Shown here: in pieces, positions 18,711 to 29,020 of the stretch
Layout of the letters: each line of letters opens with the position of its first letter
How positions within the stretch are numbered: position 1 is the first letter of the stretch
Source of the DNA: Candidatus Woesebacteria bacterium
GTDB lineage: Bacteria; Patescibacteriota; Microgenomatia; UBA1400; MFAQ01
NCBI GenBank assembly: GCA_035389185.1
Contig: DAOORK010000001.1
Coordinates: 257,006 to 321,005, forward strand
DNA: 64,000 nt
Reading direction: 5' to 3'
Translations under genes and position numbers: made by a program
The notes under the pieces: generated by a model
The model's database searches: none
Told to the model about the DNA's origin: nothing
The model's input: only the letters and a program-made list of their open reading frames with translations

Positions 18711-20146
18711 TTAGTGATTTTGGGTACTAGTTTGATAATGATATATTTTTCTGTTTTTTCAACGGTTTGATACTTGGCTTCAAGTTCGTGCATCTCGTCA
18801 TCGTAATTGACACTGACATAGTAAGCAGCACCCTGAGCTATATGTTTATCAATATCGTAACCTAATGGCCATCCAGAACGATGTGTTTGGTAAAGAAAAG
18901 CGGTGTCTCCATTATAGGGGGCGATTACCTTGGCGTCTTTGGGAGTTAGGGCATCGACTCTTTTACCCGCTTCAATAATGACCGGATTGTTGATTTGGTA
19001 ATACCCTCGAATGTCGTACCAAGAAAGAGATAACATCATGCCGATTACCGACAGCGCCATTATGAGGGTAAGAAGTCGTGAGTAGACAGTCTTGGATAGA
19101 CTAATCAACAAGGTTGTCCCCTTGGCGAGAAAAATACAGATAAAGGGGGCAGTAATTGCTTGATAATAATCATGCTGAACATTACCTCCTGCGACAATGG
19201 AAAAATACAGAAGGATGCCAATAAGCCAGAGCCAGTATGTAATCCCCTCTTTGGTGGGTTTGGCAATTACTCCGAGGATAAAAAGACAGGTACCCCACGA
19301 ACCAAGAATCAATTTTCCCAAACGTTCACCGAACAGCCAACGAAACCAAGCCGGGCGAAAACGAATACCATTGTTGTTTAAGAGCCAGTTACTGGCAGGT
19401 ACTCCTTCGGGAAAAGAGGCGATATGCTTTCTCCAAAGGCCAAAGGGTACAAGCGAAATGGCGGCGTAGGAAAGTATGTCCAAAAAGTTTAGTTCTTTAT
19501 TGGCAAGAGAACGAAAAAGGATGGCTAGGTGAGGCAGAGCAAAAAAGAGAGCGAATGGTTTAACTAAAACGGAGATAGAAAGAAACAAAGAGCTGAGTAG
19601 TAAAAAGATGCGTTTTTGGTAACCTTTTGTTTCGACAGTTTGTAAGAGAAACCAAAACGAAACAAGAAGAGAGGTGATCATTAACGGTTCGGGCAAAATG
19701 GCTCTCGAGTAGAAAATATTAAAAGGTAGAACAGCCATGAAGAATGAGGCGAGAGAGGCAATAAAGAACCCAGAAAGTTTGTTAACGATAAGATAGAGAA
19801 AAATGATGGAAATTAAAGAAAGAATCACTGAAGTTAGCCTACCTGCCATATCTAACCCCATCGATGGTGCGAGGCTGTAGACACCAACATGAAGCAGGTT
19901 GTAGAGCGGGAACTCTACCATACGATAACCGTGGGGATTGTCTTTTCCTGACTGAATATTACTTAAGTCGTGGTAGGTAGGAATAAGAAGATTGATTCCC
20001 CTTTCAACAAAATTGCGGCTAACTGAGGCTGTATCTGCTTGCCGAAAAGAGTGCCAATCAGCAACAGGATTGTCTATTTTGTATAACCTGACTACTAAGG
20101 CAATAGCCAAAATGATAGTGATAGTAATGGTTCTAAATATTTTCAT
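18707..20146 (-). CDS. GT-C superfamily membrane glycosyltransferase (PMT_2/ArnT-like, GT39/GT83-type)
   Basis: 479 aa; about 11 TM N-terminal region beginning RLYKIDNPVADWHSFRQADTA (the typical first-loop acidic motif region of ArnT/PMT_2 enzymes) plus a C-terminal soluble domain. Confidence 0.55.
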   Translation of the reverse strand: MKIFRTITITIILAIALVVRLYKIDNPVADWHSFRQADTASVSRNFVERGINLLIPTYHDLSNIQSGKDNPHGYRMVEFPLYNLLHVGVYSLAPSMGLDMAGRLTSVILSLISIIFLYLIVNKLSGFFIASLASFFMAVLPFNIFYSRAILPEPLMITSLLVSFWFLLQTVETKGYQKRIFLLLSSLFLSISVLVKPFALFFALPHLAILFRSLANKELNFLDILSYAAISLVPFGLWRKHIASFPEGVPASNWLLNNNGIRFRPAWFRWLFGERLGKLILGSWGTCLFILGVIAKPTKEGITYWLWLIGILLYFSIVAGGNVQHDYYQAITAPFICIFLAKGTTLLISLSKTVYSRLLTLIMALSVIGMMLSLSWYDIRGYYQINNPVIIEAGKRVDALTPKDAKVIAPYNGDTAFLYQTHRSGWPLGYDIDKHIAQGAAYYVSVNYDDEMHELEAKYQTVEKTEKYIIIKLVPKITK

Positions 20147-21474
20147 GATTTGGTGCTGAGTGCTAATCCCATGTATGCCCAGAACAATATGGCAATTTTA
20201 CTAGATTCAAAAACATCAAGAAAGATTGCGGTAACTAAAAAGGAGACAAAAATTCCCAACGCGGAGGTAACAAGAATTTTATTAAGACCTTCCTGACCGA
20301 CAAGAGCAAACTTAAGCTGGCGGAATAAGACAATGAGAACAGAGATAAAAGCGAGAATACCCAACAAACCAGTTTCTCCGAGGGCTCTGAGGTAGTCGTT
20401 GTCTGTTGCGAGACCAAGCGAAGAGTACCCGGTTCCTAATAGTGGATTTTTGTAAAAAGAGCGGAGAGACATCGGCCACTCAACATCAAACCTGATACTC
20501 GTGGAAGTGTCTTGCTGAATAGCCCGAAGCGGTTCGGGAGTAGGTGTGGGAGTAATACTGGGTGTGTTTTGGGTGGCGGCATAGGCCGGTTTGGCGAAAC
20601 TGATTTGAGAAGTAAATACTTTGAACAGAGTTTGGAAACGACCAATAAATGATGGAGAGGTAATCACAAAAGCAGACATAACTACAAGCAGAATAAAGCC
20701 TAAAAGATATCGTTTGTAAAGATAACAAATGAGGGTAACAGAAAGAAATAATCCGAGTAACCCAATTCGAGAACCAGCCTGCATAAAAAGCCAAAGGACA
20801 GCTGTAAAAAGAATAAAAAGTGGCAGTCGTTTAAGCCATCCCTTCAAGGAACAGATCAGACTGGTGAGGAAAGAAATGATCATTACTAAATAGATTGCCA
20901 GATCGTAGTGGCCAGCAAAAGTACTAGATAGGGGCACTCCTGGCCGAAGAGTTAAGGAAATCCCCTTACTGGCTTCAGAGTCCATGGTGGAGATGACAGG
21001 AGCTCGAAAATATATCTGAGCGATACCATAGGCAAAAACTAGAGCCGCAGCAATGAGGGTAATAGTTAGATAATACTTCCGGTTTTCGGGAGAGTTCTTG
21101 GCTGCCCAAAAGACTAGGAAAAAGATTGAAAGATACTCAACGCGACGGAAAAGATGTAAGAAACCGATTGAAGGATGTATATTTTGGGTAATAAAGATGG
21201 CCGAAAGAAGTGACAGAAGGCCGACGACAAAATAAACACCGATTTGAAAAGAAACGGGAGGGAATTTTACCTTTTTGAAAAGAATTGTTTTAAGAATAAA
21301 CAAACCCCATATCGCAGCAATGAGAAAGTCCTCAACCCTTATTTGAACGTAGGTAAAAGGAACTGTAAATAAAGGAAATTTTGGGTATAACGGAATAAAA
21401 ATAAGAACGGCAGCAATGGCGTACTTATAAAATGATTCTAAGAGCTTGTGCATAGGCACGACGAGCTTTTTCAT
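20143..21474 (-). CDS. Wzy/WaaL-like (O-antigen polymerase/ligase family) polytopic membrane protein
   Basis: 443 aa, about 11 TM with a large late extracytoplasmic loop containing a PT-rich stretch (TPSITPTPTPEP); architecture of the Wzy_C family. Family call from topology only. Confidence 0.35.
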   Translation of the reverse strand: MKKLVVPMHKLLESFYKYAIAAVLIFIPLYPKFPLFTVPFTYVQIRVEDFLIAAIWGLFILKTILFKKVKFPPVSFQIGVYFVVGLLSLLSAIFITQNIHPSIGFLHLFRRVEYLSIFFLVFWAAKNSPENRKYYLTITLIAAALVFAYGIAQIYFRAPVISTMDSEASKGISLTLRPGVPLSSTFAGHYDLAIYLVMIISFLTSLICSLKGWLKRLPLFILFTAVLWLFMQAGSRIGLLGLFLSVTLICYLYKRYLLGFILLVVMSAFVITSPSFIGRFQTLFKVFTSQISFAKPAYAATQNTPSITPTPTPEPLRAIQQDTSTSIRFDVEWPMSLRSFYKNPLLGTGYSSLGLATDNDYLRALGETGLLGILAFISVLIVLFRQLKFALVGQEGLNKILVTSALGIFVSFLVTAIFLDVFESSKIAILFWAYMGLALSTKS

Positions 21475-22333
21475 CTCCTTTAATTATCCCAAATATTAAT
21501 AGACGTAGCAATGAACCAAACAGAAAAAAGATCTTCACTAGAGGACGCTGCCAGCCGGGTTTATGTTTCTTCCAAAAATAGATCATGTTTTTTATTTCAC
21601 TCGTGAGAGCAAAAACTGATCCGCCCGAAGCTCCCCCAAGGTGGATGATAGCCGGAGTAACGGAGTAGAAAGTCTGGTATCCAAGTTTTTTTAAGCGATA
21701 ACAAAGCTCCATCTCTTCGGTATACATAAAAATATTTTCATCAAACCCTCCAACCTCGTTAAAAGTTTTTTTGGAGATTATCATGAACGCACCAGTGATC
21801 CAGTCCATCTGACGATCCCGATCATAAGAGGTAAGTTGAGGGTGAAAAGAAGGGATTAGTTTGCCAATGAGGGGCAAGTCATCAATAAAGAACTGCCAAG
21901 CAAAGACATTGCCTATTGTCGGAAAGTGACCTCCCGAGGCTTGAATACTACGATCGGCATTTAGAAGTTTACAGGAGAATATTCCATACTGAGAATTATC
22001 TCTTGCCTTATCGAGGGACTCTTTGATGGCATTGTCAAACACCAGTGTGTCAGAGTTTAAGAACAAAAGATATTTCCCTTTTGCTGCCCGAACTCCAAGA
22101 TTGTTTCCTCTGCCAAAACCGATATTATCCTTGGCGTCAACAAGTCTTACTCTCGAGTATTTTTTTGATAACTCTTTAATTCTCTCAAGAGAACCATCTT
22201 TTGAGCCATTATCAACAATAATAATTTCGTAGTTTAAATCTTTGGTGTATTTAACGATGGACTTAACACAATCGGTGAGAATCTCCCGAGTGTTGTAAGA
22301 AATGATGATGATGGAAAGATCAATTTGAGTCAT
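21425..22333 (-). CDS. Glycosyltransferase family 2
   Basis: 302 aa; LSIIIISYNTREIL...IIIVDNGSKDGS...FLNSDT; paralogous in architecture to 16591..17508. Confidence 0.7.
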   Translation of the reverse strand: MTQIDLSIIIISYNTREILTDCVKSIVKYTKDLNYEIIIVDNGSKDGSLERIKELSKKYSRVRLVDAKDNIGFGRGNNLGVRAAKGKYLLFLNSDTLVFDNAIKESLDKARDNSQYGIFSCKLLNADRSIQASGGHFPTIGNVFAWQFFIDDLPLIGKLIPSFHPQLTSYDRDRQMDWITGAFMIISKKTFNEVGGFDENIFMYTEEMELCYRLKKLGYQTFYSVTPAIIHLGGASGGSVFALTSEIKNMIYFWKKHKPGWQRPLVKIFFLFGSLLRLLIFGIIKGDEKARRAYAQALRIIL

Positions 22334-22877
22334 TTTTAAGAGATTTTTTTATTGAAAGGTAGATTAGATAAGATGCCGGGAAAGCAAGAGTCCAGACCAG
22401 AATCCGAAGTAACGGATTGGAGTATGTCGGTTTGAGGGTGACCTTACTTAAAAATGGCTGTCCTTGAAAATAAAGATCCGTTTTGGCATTTGGATTGTTG
22501 GCATACTTTGGGGAGTTGGTCGGTTCCCAACCGTTAACAAAAATTGACTCTCTAAAAGGGTAAATTATTTCTTCGAGATAATAACTATTCAATTGATCTC
22601 TGACTAAAGTCGCTGCCTCTTCCGGACGATAGTTTAGCCGATATGAAGGAAGATTAATGCCAAAAATTTTTATGGTGAACTTGGACTGAATTTGTTCTAA
22701 AACTTCTGCTCTGGTGAGATTGGTGTAATAACCCTTTTGGTCTGGATGCTGCCAGGTGTCTCCAGGCTCGTCTGATCGTTTTGCATCTGTTAGATCTGGA
22801 TATACCGGTGAGGGCAAAGTTAGATAAATTAAACCAATAATATAAATAAAACCAGCAATAATTATTCCTCTTTTCAT
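22320..22877 (-). CDS. Hypothetical membrane protein (N- and C-terminal TM helices)
   Basis: 185 aa; ORF in operon context. No recognised motif. Confidence 0.3.
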   Translation of the reverse strand: MKRGIIIAGFIYIIGLIYLTLPSPVYPDLTDAKRSDEPGDTWQHPDQKGYYTNLTRAEVLEQIQSKFTIKIFGINLPSYRLNYRPEEAATLVRDQLNSYYLEEIIYPFRESIFVNGWEPTNSPKYANNPNAKTDLYFQGQPFLSKVTLKPTYSNPLLRILVWTLAFPASYLIYLSIKKSLKNDSN

Positions 22878-23509
22878 TGAAAAAGTCTGGCTCTGCCCAG
22901 TTTGTAATTATGATCTTTAATGGGTCTGTCTCCGATTACCTTTGCCGGAACTCCCCCAACGATGGTGTTTTCAAGAACGTCTTTGGTAACAACGGCTCCA
23001 CCGGCAATTACAGCACCGTTCCCAACATGGACTCCAGGCATAATAATGACTCGAGGACCAATAAAAACATAATCACCGACAGTGACCGGCTCTTCGATAG
23101 CTGTGAATTGGGAATCTTTTAGACTGTGTTCGGAGTTATAAATCATTACCGCTGACGCAATATCTACATGTTTGCCAATGATAATTGGAGCACGACCATC
23201 GAGGAAGGCATGATCTCCAATAATTGTTCCTTCGCCGATTTTGATGTTCCACGGTTTGAAAAACCTAGCACCCATATGAAAGGTTGTCCGACGACCCATC
23301 TTAATCCCGGAAAGAAGGTAAAAGATTTTCCTCACCGTGTGGCTGGGGATAAAACCTACCAACCAAAGAAAATATAGTAAAAGATCTAAAAAGAAACTGC
23401 CTATTCTGCCGAAGATCTTTTGTAATGCTATTGCAGTTTGGAGCTTATGACCATTTTTGTCGACGAAGTAAATGCCTTCGGAAGATATTTTTAGATTAGT
23501 GATCTTCAT
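22874..23509 (-). CDS. Membrane-anchored hexapeptide-repeat (LbH) acyl/acetyltransferase, likely glycan O-acetyltransferase. Start revised to ATG at 23509 (MKITNLKI), giving an ATGA overlap with the upstream GT4; the ORF track extends to 23554.
   Basis: Left-handed beta-helix hexapeptide repeats (IGDHAFLDG..IIIGKHVDIASAVMIYN..VFIGPRVIIMPGVHVGNGAVIAGGAVV) preceded by a TM helix (LLLYFLWLVGFIP); resembles WcaF/WbbJ-type sugar O-acetyltransferases. Confidence 0.65.
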   Translation of the reverse strand: MKITNLKISSEGIYFVDKNGHKLQTAIALQKIFGRIGSFFLDLLLYFLWLVGFIPSHTVRKIFYLLSGIKMGRRTTFHMGARFFKPWNIKIGEGTIIGDHAFLDGRAPIIIGKHVDIASAVMIYNSEHSLKDSQFTAIEEPVTVGDYVFIGPRVIIMPGVHVGNGAVIAGGAVVTKDVLENTIVGGVPAKVIGDRPIKDHNYKLGRARLFQ

Positions 23510-24621
23510 ACATTTTTTAGAATGTTTAAAATTTTCTGGGCAGACAAATCCCAATCAAAACGTTTGGTATTCTCCTTACCCATCTTAACCAGTTTAATCC
23601 TTTCTGCAAGAGAAAGATTGATGACTCTATCTAAGGCTTCTTTGATACTCTCAGTAGATAATGGATCTTCGATAAATATCCCTGATTCACCGGCAATTTC
23701 CGGCAGGCTACTGACCTTAGAGACAACTACTGGTGTTCCAACTGCTTGAGCCTCAACAACCGGCATACCAAACCCCTCATATAAACTGGGAAGAACAAAG
23801 GCACGGCTGCCTTTAATTAGGGCAGTAAGATCTTCGTTGGGAGCAAATCCGGTGAAGACTACTCGATTACTTATTCCTAGATTTTTTGACTGTTCAAGAA
23901 TCTCATCGTAAAGCCAACCCTTTTTGCCGCAGATAACAAGCTTTAGTTGAGGTTTGTCTAGCTTGGAAAATGCCTCGATAAGACGATTAATGTTTTTCCT
24001 TGGCTGAAGAGTGCCCCAGTAAAGCAAGTAACTTCCGGTGATGCCGTATTTTTTCTTGACCGAAACAACTTTTGTTTTGGGAATCTTGCCGTGATATATT
24101 TCCCGGTCGATGGCAGGATATACAACTTCAACTTTGTTAGGATCTGTGCCGTAAAGCTTGACGATTTCGTCCTTGGAAAATTCTGAGATAGTTAATATTT
24201 TTTTGGCCTTTTTGACAGACAAAGGAGTCCACTTTTTGAGTTGATTGATATCGTAATTAGTGAAATATTCAGTACCAAAACGCTCAAAACTCATGTCCAT
24301 GAGATAGATCACAGTATTTACAGGGGTAAAAAGCGGGGTGTAATGACTTGGTGAAAAGAGAACATCTATTTTGGGTTTACCCCACCATAGTCTTTTCGTA
24401 AGACTGGTTAGTACCCAGGCTTTTTTGGAACCAAATATTTCATAGACGAGATTTGGTCCACCGACAGGCATATCCGGGAGCGGACGTTCTTTTCCTAAGG
24501 CATAAATAACATCATTTCCCTGGACCTGTTTGACTAGATGGAGAAAGGTGTTGTAGGCAACTTGATTTACTCCAACCCTTTGGGGGATATTAGCTTCATT
24601 AATATCAAAACCGATATTCAT
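23506..24621 (-). CDS. Glycosyltransferase family 4
   Basis: 371 aa; EGFGMPVVEAQAVGTPVV GT4 motif. Confidence 0.7.
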   Translation of the reverse strand: MNIGFDINEANIPQRVGVNQVAYNTFLHLVKQVQGNDVIYALGKERPLPDMPVGGPNLVYEIFGSKKAWVLTSLTKRLWWGKPKIDVLFSPSHYTPLFTPVNTVIYLMDMSFERFGTEYFTNYDINQLKKWTPLSVKKAKKILTISEFSKDEIVKLYGTDPNKVEVVYPAIDREIYHGKIPKTKVVSVKKKYGITGSYLLYWGTLQPRKNINRLIEAFSKLDKPQLKLVICGKKGWLYDEILEQSKNLGISNRVVFTGFAPNEDLTALIKGSRAFVLPSLYEGFGMPVVEAQAVGTPVVVSKVSSLPEIAGESGIFIEDPLSTESIKEALDRVINLSLAERIKLVKMGKENTKRFDWDLSAQKILNILKNV

Positions 24622-25721
24622 TGTATTTTTTTTGAGGCGAGAACTTGTTTGTAGACGGCGTAAGTTTCTTCAGCGGCCTTTTCCCAAGTAAACTTTGAGG
24701 CCTGAACAAGACTTTTCTTTTTGAGTTCCTTTCTGTTCTCGATAGCCTCAATTATACCAGCAGCAATACTCTCGACACTTGCAGGATCAAACAGAACACC
24801 AGCGTCTCCAACTACTTCAGGCAAACTACTGATGTTACTGACGGCAACTGGAGCACCACAAGCCATCGCCTGAAGAGGAGAAAGACCAAACCCCTCATAA
24901 ACGCTAGGCAACACAAAGGCGAGACATCCTGAGTACAAACCTGGAAGGTCGGCATCGGGAATATAACCGGGCATAGTAACTCCATCGACAGCTGCCGGAA
25001 TTTCTCCCCAGCCGGTACGACCACCGATAATTAATTGAAGATCGGGATATTTTTCGCGAACAATCTTAAAAGCTTTGATCAGGGCTGCTTGATTTTTGCG
25101 AGGTTCAAGCGTGGACAGAGTGAAGAGATAATCTCCAGTAATTTTGTAGTGCTTTTTAACCATTTCTTGAACATCGAGGGACTGGGGGCAGTATCTTTCC
25201 TCTACACCTTCCGGAATAACAACGATTTTATCTTCAGGAATCTTGAGAACAGAAATGAGATCTTCCTTGGTGGACTGACTGACAGCAATGATTCTGTCTG
25301 ATTCACGCATTACCCAAGCCAAACGCTTTTTGTGAGTGTTTCTGATTGATTCAGTGGTAGTTTGGGGAAATTTGAAAGGAATAAGATCGTGTACTGTAGT
25401 TACCTTGGGAAGTTTGGATGGGGGTTCGGTCCAGTCTGAAGTGTGAACTATATCCACTAGTCCAACTAATTTTTCTACAGGGAGGACATGAAGTGAGTTC
25501 CAGATAAAATCCATAAATCTTGGAGGAAAAGAATATATCTTTGATTGGCCATGGAGCTTCCTGGCAAGAGATATAAGTTCCTGACGACGGCGAAAGGAGC
25601 CACCAAATAGAACAAACTCATCTTCAGGATATTGTTTGATAAGAGTAGCCACTAAATTTTTGGTGTAGACTGAAACACCGGTGCCGTATATGGCTTGAGA
25701 AATATCGATGGCGATTTTCAT
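24618..25721 (-). CDS. Glycosyltransferase family 4
   Basis: 367 aa; EGFGLSPLQAMACGAPVAVS GT4 motif. Confidence 0.75.
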   Translation of the reverse strand: MKIAIDISQAIYGTGVSVYTKNLVATLIKQYPEDEFVLFGGSFRRRQELISLARKLHGQSKIYSFPPRFMDFIWNSLHVLPVEKLVGLVDIVHTSDWTEPPSKLPKVTTVHDLIPFKFPQTTTESIRNTHKKRLAWVMRESDRIIAVSQSTKEDLISVLKIPEDKIVVIPEGVEERYCPQSLDVQEMVKKHYKITGDYLFTLSTLEPRKNQAALIKAFKIVREKYPDLQLIIGGRTGWGEIPAAVDGVTMPGYIPDADLPGLYSGCLAFVLPSVYEGFGLSPLQAMACGAPVAVSNISSLPEVVGDAGVLFDPASVESIAAGIIEAIENRKELKKKSLVQASKFTWEKAAEETYAVYKQVLASKKIQ

Positions 25722-27022
25722 AATTTGGGGATAAAGAGTTGGTAATTGCCGATCTTTTCCCCGGGATTGTAGTTCATTTTAATATATTCAAAGACTTTTT
25801 GACTTTCAACAATTATATTTTTACCATCTACCTCTGCTTGAGCATTAATAATTACCGGCACTTTGTCTTTGGCTAAGGAATAAATAATTTTGTCTTGAAA
25901 ATCTTGCTGATGAAGATACCAAGGGAGAGAAGGAACATAAGTATAGTTTGGGGGAGTTTTTCCGGAGAGCGGATAGAGAATGTCGGGAACTCCCAAAAAA
26001 TATATTTCTCGAGATGGGATTTTTTTTATCTCTATGACTGCTTCTCGAACTTCTTTGGTGAGGTAATAGTTTCCGTACGGATGGCGAATACCCGAAATAA
26101 GGTTGAGACAAAATAAACCAATGATAAATAGATAAACAAATAGTTTTGGATTATTGGCAGTTTTTGCCCAAAATAAAACCGACAAAAGGAATAGTGGTTG
26201 GAGATGTTCAAAACCAAACCTCGGATAAGCAAGAGGCAACAGCAAAAGAATAACGGCCAGAAACTGATATTTTTTATTTTTTAGAACTGAGTAGATTGTT
26301 GGAGTTAGCCAAGCAAGTAGAATGATAATTTGTCTTTTCCCCGGAAAAAGTGTTGCTTCATGCGGATAGACCTCTTTATTAAATTGAATTACCAAACGAT
26401 AAAAGTCGGACAGTATCCCCTGCTTTATAACAAAAAGTGCGGGAATACCCAAACCAAAGATTCCCCCAAAAATTAAGGACCAAGAAAGTCCGGAAAGAGA
26501 AAAGAAAAGAATCAATAAGGCCGGGACAATAGTGGGTCGAAGAAGAACTATTTGTGATAGTAAGAAACCGGAAACAAAAAGGTGGAGATTGTTTTTAGAA
26601 AAAGAAAGAAACAACCACATGGAAATAAGAAGATTGACGAATGTTTCAATCCAAAGGACGTAACCAGAAAAATAAACTGAGGAAACAATAAATAAAACGA
26701 GCCAAACAAACGGCAGTTTAATTTTAAAACGAATTAAAGAGGCATAAAGAAGAATATCTGTCAAACAAAGTGTGGTCAAAAACAAACCGAGGAGAGGCCA
26801 TGGATTGGCGGTCAAGAAAACCAGAAGCGAGAATGGCCCGAACAAAAGCGTCGGGAAGTGCTGATCAATAATATCTCGATATGGTAGGAATCCTTGGCTA
26901 ATAAGATAAGGATATAGTGTGAATTCCCCGGAAAGGAAATAACCACGAATGAATATCAGAGCTATGTGGAAAATCAAAGCAGAAGGCAAAAGGAACAAAC
27001 TAAATTTAACGAGTTTTTTCAT
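25718..27022 (-). CDS. Polytopic membrane protein, possible GT-C-type (GT87/PimE-like) glycosyltransferase
   Basis: 434 aa; about 9 TM plus C-terminal soluble domain; first loop FIRGYFLSGEFTLYPY...DIIDQHFP resembles GT-C first-loop motifs. Weak assignment. Confidence 0.3.
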   Translation of the reverse strand: MKKLVKFSLFLLPSALIFHIALIFIRGYFLSGEFTLYPYLISQGFLPYRDIIDQHFPTLLFGPFSLLVFLTANPWPLLGLFLTTLCLTDILLYASLIRFKIKLPFVWLVLFIVSSVYFSGYVLWIETFVNLLISMWLFLSFSKNNLHLFVSGFLLSQIVLLRPTIVPALLILFFSLSGLSWSLIFGGIFGLGIPALFVIKQGILSDFYRLVIQFNKEVYPHEATLFPGKRQIIILLAWLTPTIYSVLKNKKYQFLAVILLLLPLAYPRFGFEHLQPLFLLSVLFWAKTANNPKLFVYLFIIGLFCLNLISGIRHPYGNYYLTKEVREAVIEIKKIPSREIYFLGVPDILYPLSGKTPPNYTYVPSLPWYLHQQDFQDKIIYSLAKDKVPVIINAQAEVDGKNIIVESQKVFEYIKMNYNPGEKIGNYQLFIPKL

Positions 27023-27731
27023 AGGTGCGCTTCTTAACTGAGAGAGTAAGGTAGTAAACTGCCTGGAGATAACTTAAGAAAAGACCGTGATAACCGTCTA
27101 AGAATCCTAGTTTGTAAAAGTAGCGTTTTATGAAGTCACGAAGAAACCACCAGTTGGAAAAGAACTGTTTCTGTTTGACGGCGAGATTGGAATAACGATC
27201 TATTTTTTCAATAAACTCGAAAATTGTTTCGTAATTTTTGTGGATAAGGAAATTTTTTAGTTTCCCGGTCTGCATATCTGTGACGTATTCTTCATGAACA
27301 AGACTTTGCCATTTACCACTCCCCTTTTTGTAGAGCCAGATATGACAGTCATCTTTTGGTCCCCAGTCGGTGTGATAGATCGGTTTTCCCCAAATAAGAT
27401 TGAGACGGGGAATAAAATAGGCAGATACTTTTTCAGAAACAATAGCCTGACGAATTTCTTCGGCGAGCTCCTTGGTAACATATACATCAGCTTCGATAGA
27501 GAGAATCCAATCTCCTATTGCTTGCTCGTTACCAAAGTTTCGAGTCTCGGAAAAAGAAGTAAAGGGATGATGTATGGTTTTGGCTCCATAGGTCTTAGCG
27601 ATTTCGATAGTTCTGTCTGTAGAACCGGAGTCGATAACCAAAACTTCATCGGCTAGATTCTTGATCGATTCCAGTGTCTTGTACAGATCTTTTTCTTCGT
27701 TTAGAGTGGGAATGACAACAGTGAGTTTCAT
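27006..27731 (-). CDS. Glycosyltransferase family 2
   Basis: 241 aa; LTVVIPTLNEEKDL...VLVIDSGSTDRT...IEADVY. Confidence 0.7.
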   Translation of the reverse strand: MKLTVVIPTLNEEKDLYKTLESIKNLADEVLVIDSGSTDRTIEIAKTYGAKTIHHPFTSFSETRNFGNEQAIGDWILSIEADVYVTKELAEEIRQAIVSEKVSAYFIPRLNLIWGKPIYHTDWGPKDDCHIWLYKKGSGKWQSLVHEEYVTDMQTGKLKNFLIHKNYETIFEFIEKIDRYSNLAVKQKQFFSNWWFLRDFIKRYFYKLGFLDGYHGLFLSYLQAVYYLTLSVKKRTYEKTR

Positions 27732-28990
27732 TTGGTTAGTTTATAAAGCAGGTGATTTGAAGTTGGAGCGTCTAGGAAATTTATTTTGTACGGCAGATAA
27801 GTTTGTAATTCCCAGACTCTCGGCTGTTGCATATCATAGTCTTTGAGAGACAGGACATAAAGAGCATCGATATCATTATAGTTTTCGACCGGTTGTGGCT
27901 TCAAATTATGCTGATATGTCAGGATATATCTTAAAGGATTAGCTCTAGTGTCAAAATCAAGAAGTACGGCCACATTGAATTTTGTCGGTGGATTGGTCTT
28001 TGCAATAAGACTGGCTACTTTCTTGGTGTCGGCAAGGGTGACCTCCTCCGGTTTTAGACCTCCCGAAAATATCCTAGTGAAGGGAGAGACAAGATTGAAA
28101 AAGAGATAGCCTAACAAAAGAGCAACGACAACAATTTTGTTTCTCTTGAAGATCATCCATAGTAAAAGCCCAGCAACAATGGCAAACAGAGGCCAAAAAT
28201 TGAGAAATTGATAGTAAGTATAGAAGGCGGCGACCTTGTGTGATTGAGAGTCGAGAAAATATTGATAAAGAGAGTTTAGATGATAAAAATTATGCTTTAT
28301 ATCGAATAAAATCATCGGTAGATCACCAATGGCCGCACCGAGAAAATACAAAACTACTCCGAGTATTTTTTTCTTTGAGAAAAGCAGAATATAGAGAAAG
28401 ATCAAAAAAGCAGAAATGGCATAAACGTACTGTAAACCGAATCCGACCCCGGAAAGAATCCCCAGAAAGAGTATGGGGAGTAAGGCCTTTCTTTTTTTAA
28501 ATAATATCCACATTTGCCACAATGAAAGCAAGCCTATTAATGGCAAATAGTTGAGCGTCCAGACAAACAAAGAGTGATGAATCATCTTGGCATTAAACAA
28601 AAACAGGAAGGTTGAAAACCAACCCACTACAGGATTAGTAATCTTTTTAACGAAGAAATATATTAGAAACCCGGTGAAAAAATTGAGAAAAGTAAAAAAT
28701 ATGGTGATGGGAAGTGGGTCAAATCTAAAGATCAGTTCGAGAGGAATCAAACTATAGTTAAAGAGAGCGCTGTGAAACAAAAACAGACCACTCGACGTTG
28801 TTCTCTGAATGTAGGCTTCACCAAGAAGAGAAGGTTTCTCTTTGATCATCTGACCTGTGGTAATCAGAGACATTGCCTGCTCCGGTCCAAAAATTAGTCT
28901 GTTCTGATAGTTATAAAAACGAACAGTTAGAGCGATGGCAGAAAGAAGTATGAGAAAAATCAATTCTCTTCTCTTTATTCCTTTGAACAT
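27728..28990 (-). CDS. GT-C superfamily membrane glycosyltransferase (PMT_2/ArnT-like)
   Basis: 420 aa; about 11 TM; N-terminal VRFYNYQNRLIFGPEQAM first-loop region analogous to the other PMT_2-like paralogues in this locus. Confidence 0.45.
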   Translation of the reverse strand: MFKGIKRRELIFLILLSAIALTVRFYNYQNRLIFGPEQAMSLITTGQMIKEKPSLLGEAYIQRTTSSGLFLFHSALFNYSLIPLELIFRFDPLPITIFFTFLNFFTGFLIYFFVKKITNPVVGWFSTFLFLFNAKMIHHSLFVWTLNYLPLIGLLSLWQMWILFKKRKALLPILFLGILSGVGFGLQYVYAISAFLIFLYILLFSKKKILGVVLYFLGAAIGDLPMILFDIKHNFYHLNSLYQYFLDSQSHKVAAFYTYYQFLNFWPLFAIVAGLLLWMIFKRNKIVVVALLLGYLFFNLVSPFTRIFSGGLKPEEVTLADTKKVASLIAKTNPPTKFNVAVLLDFDTRANPLRYILTYQHNLKPQPVENYNDIDALYVLSLKDYDMQQPRVWELQTYLPYKINFLDAPTSNHLLYKLTK

Positions 28991-29020
28991 AGACCAATTA
29001 TACGTGTAGTAACATAAACT

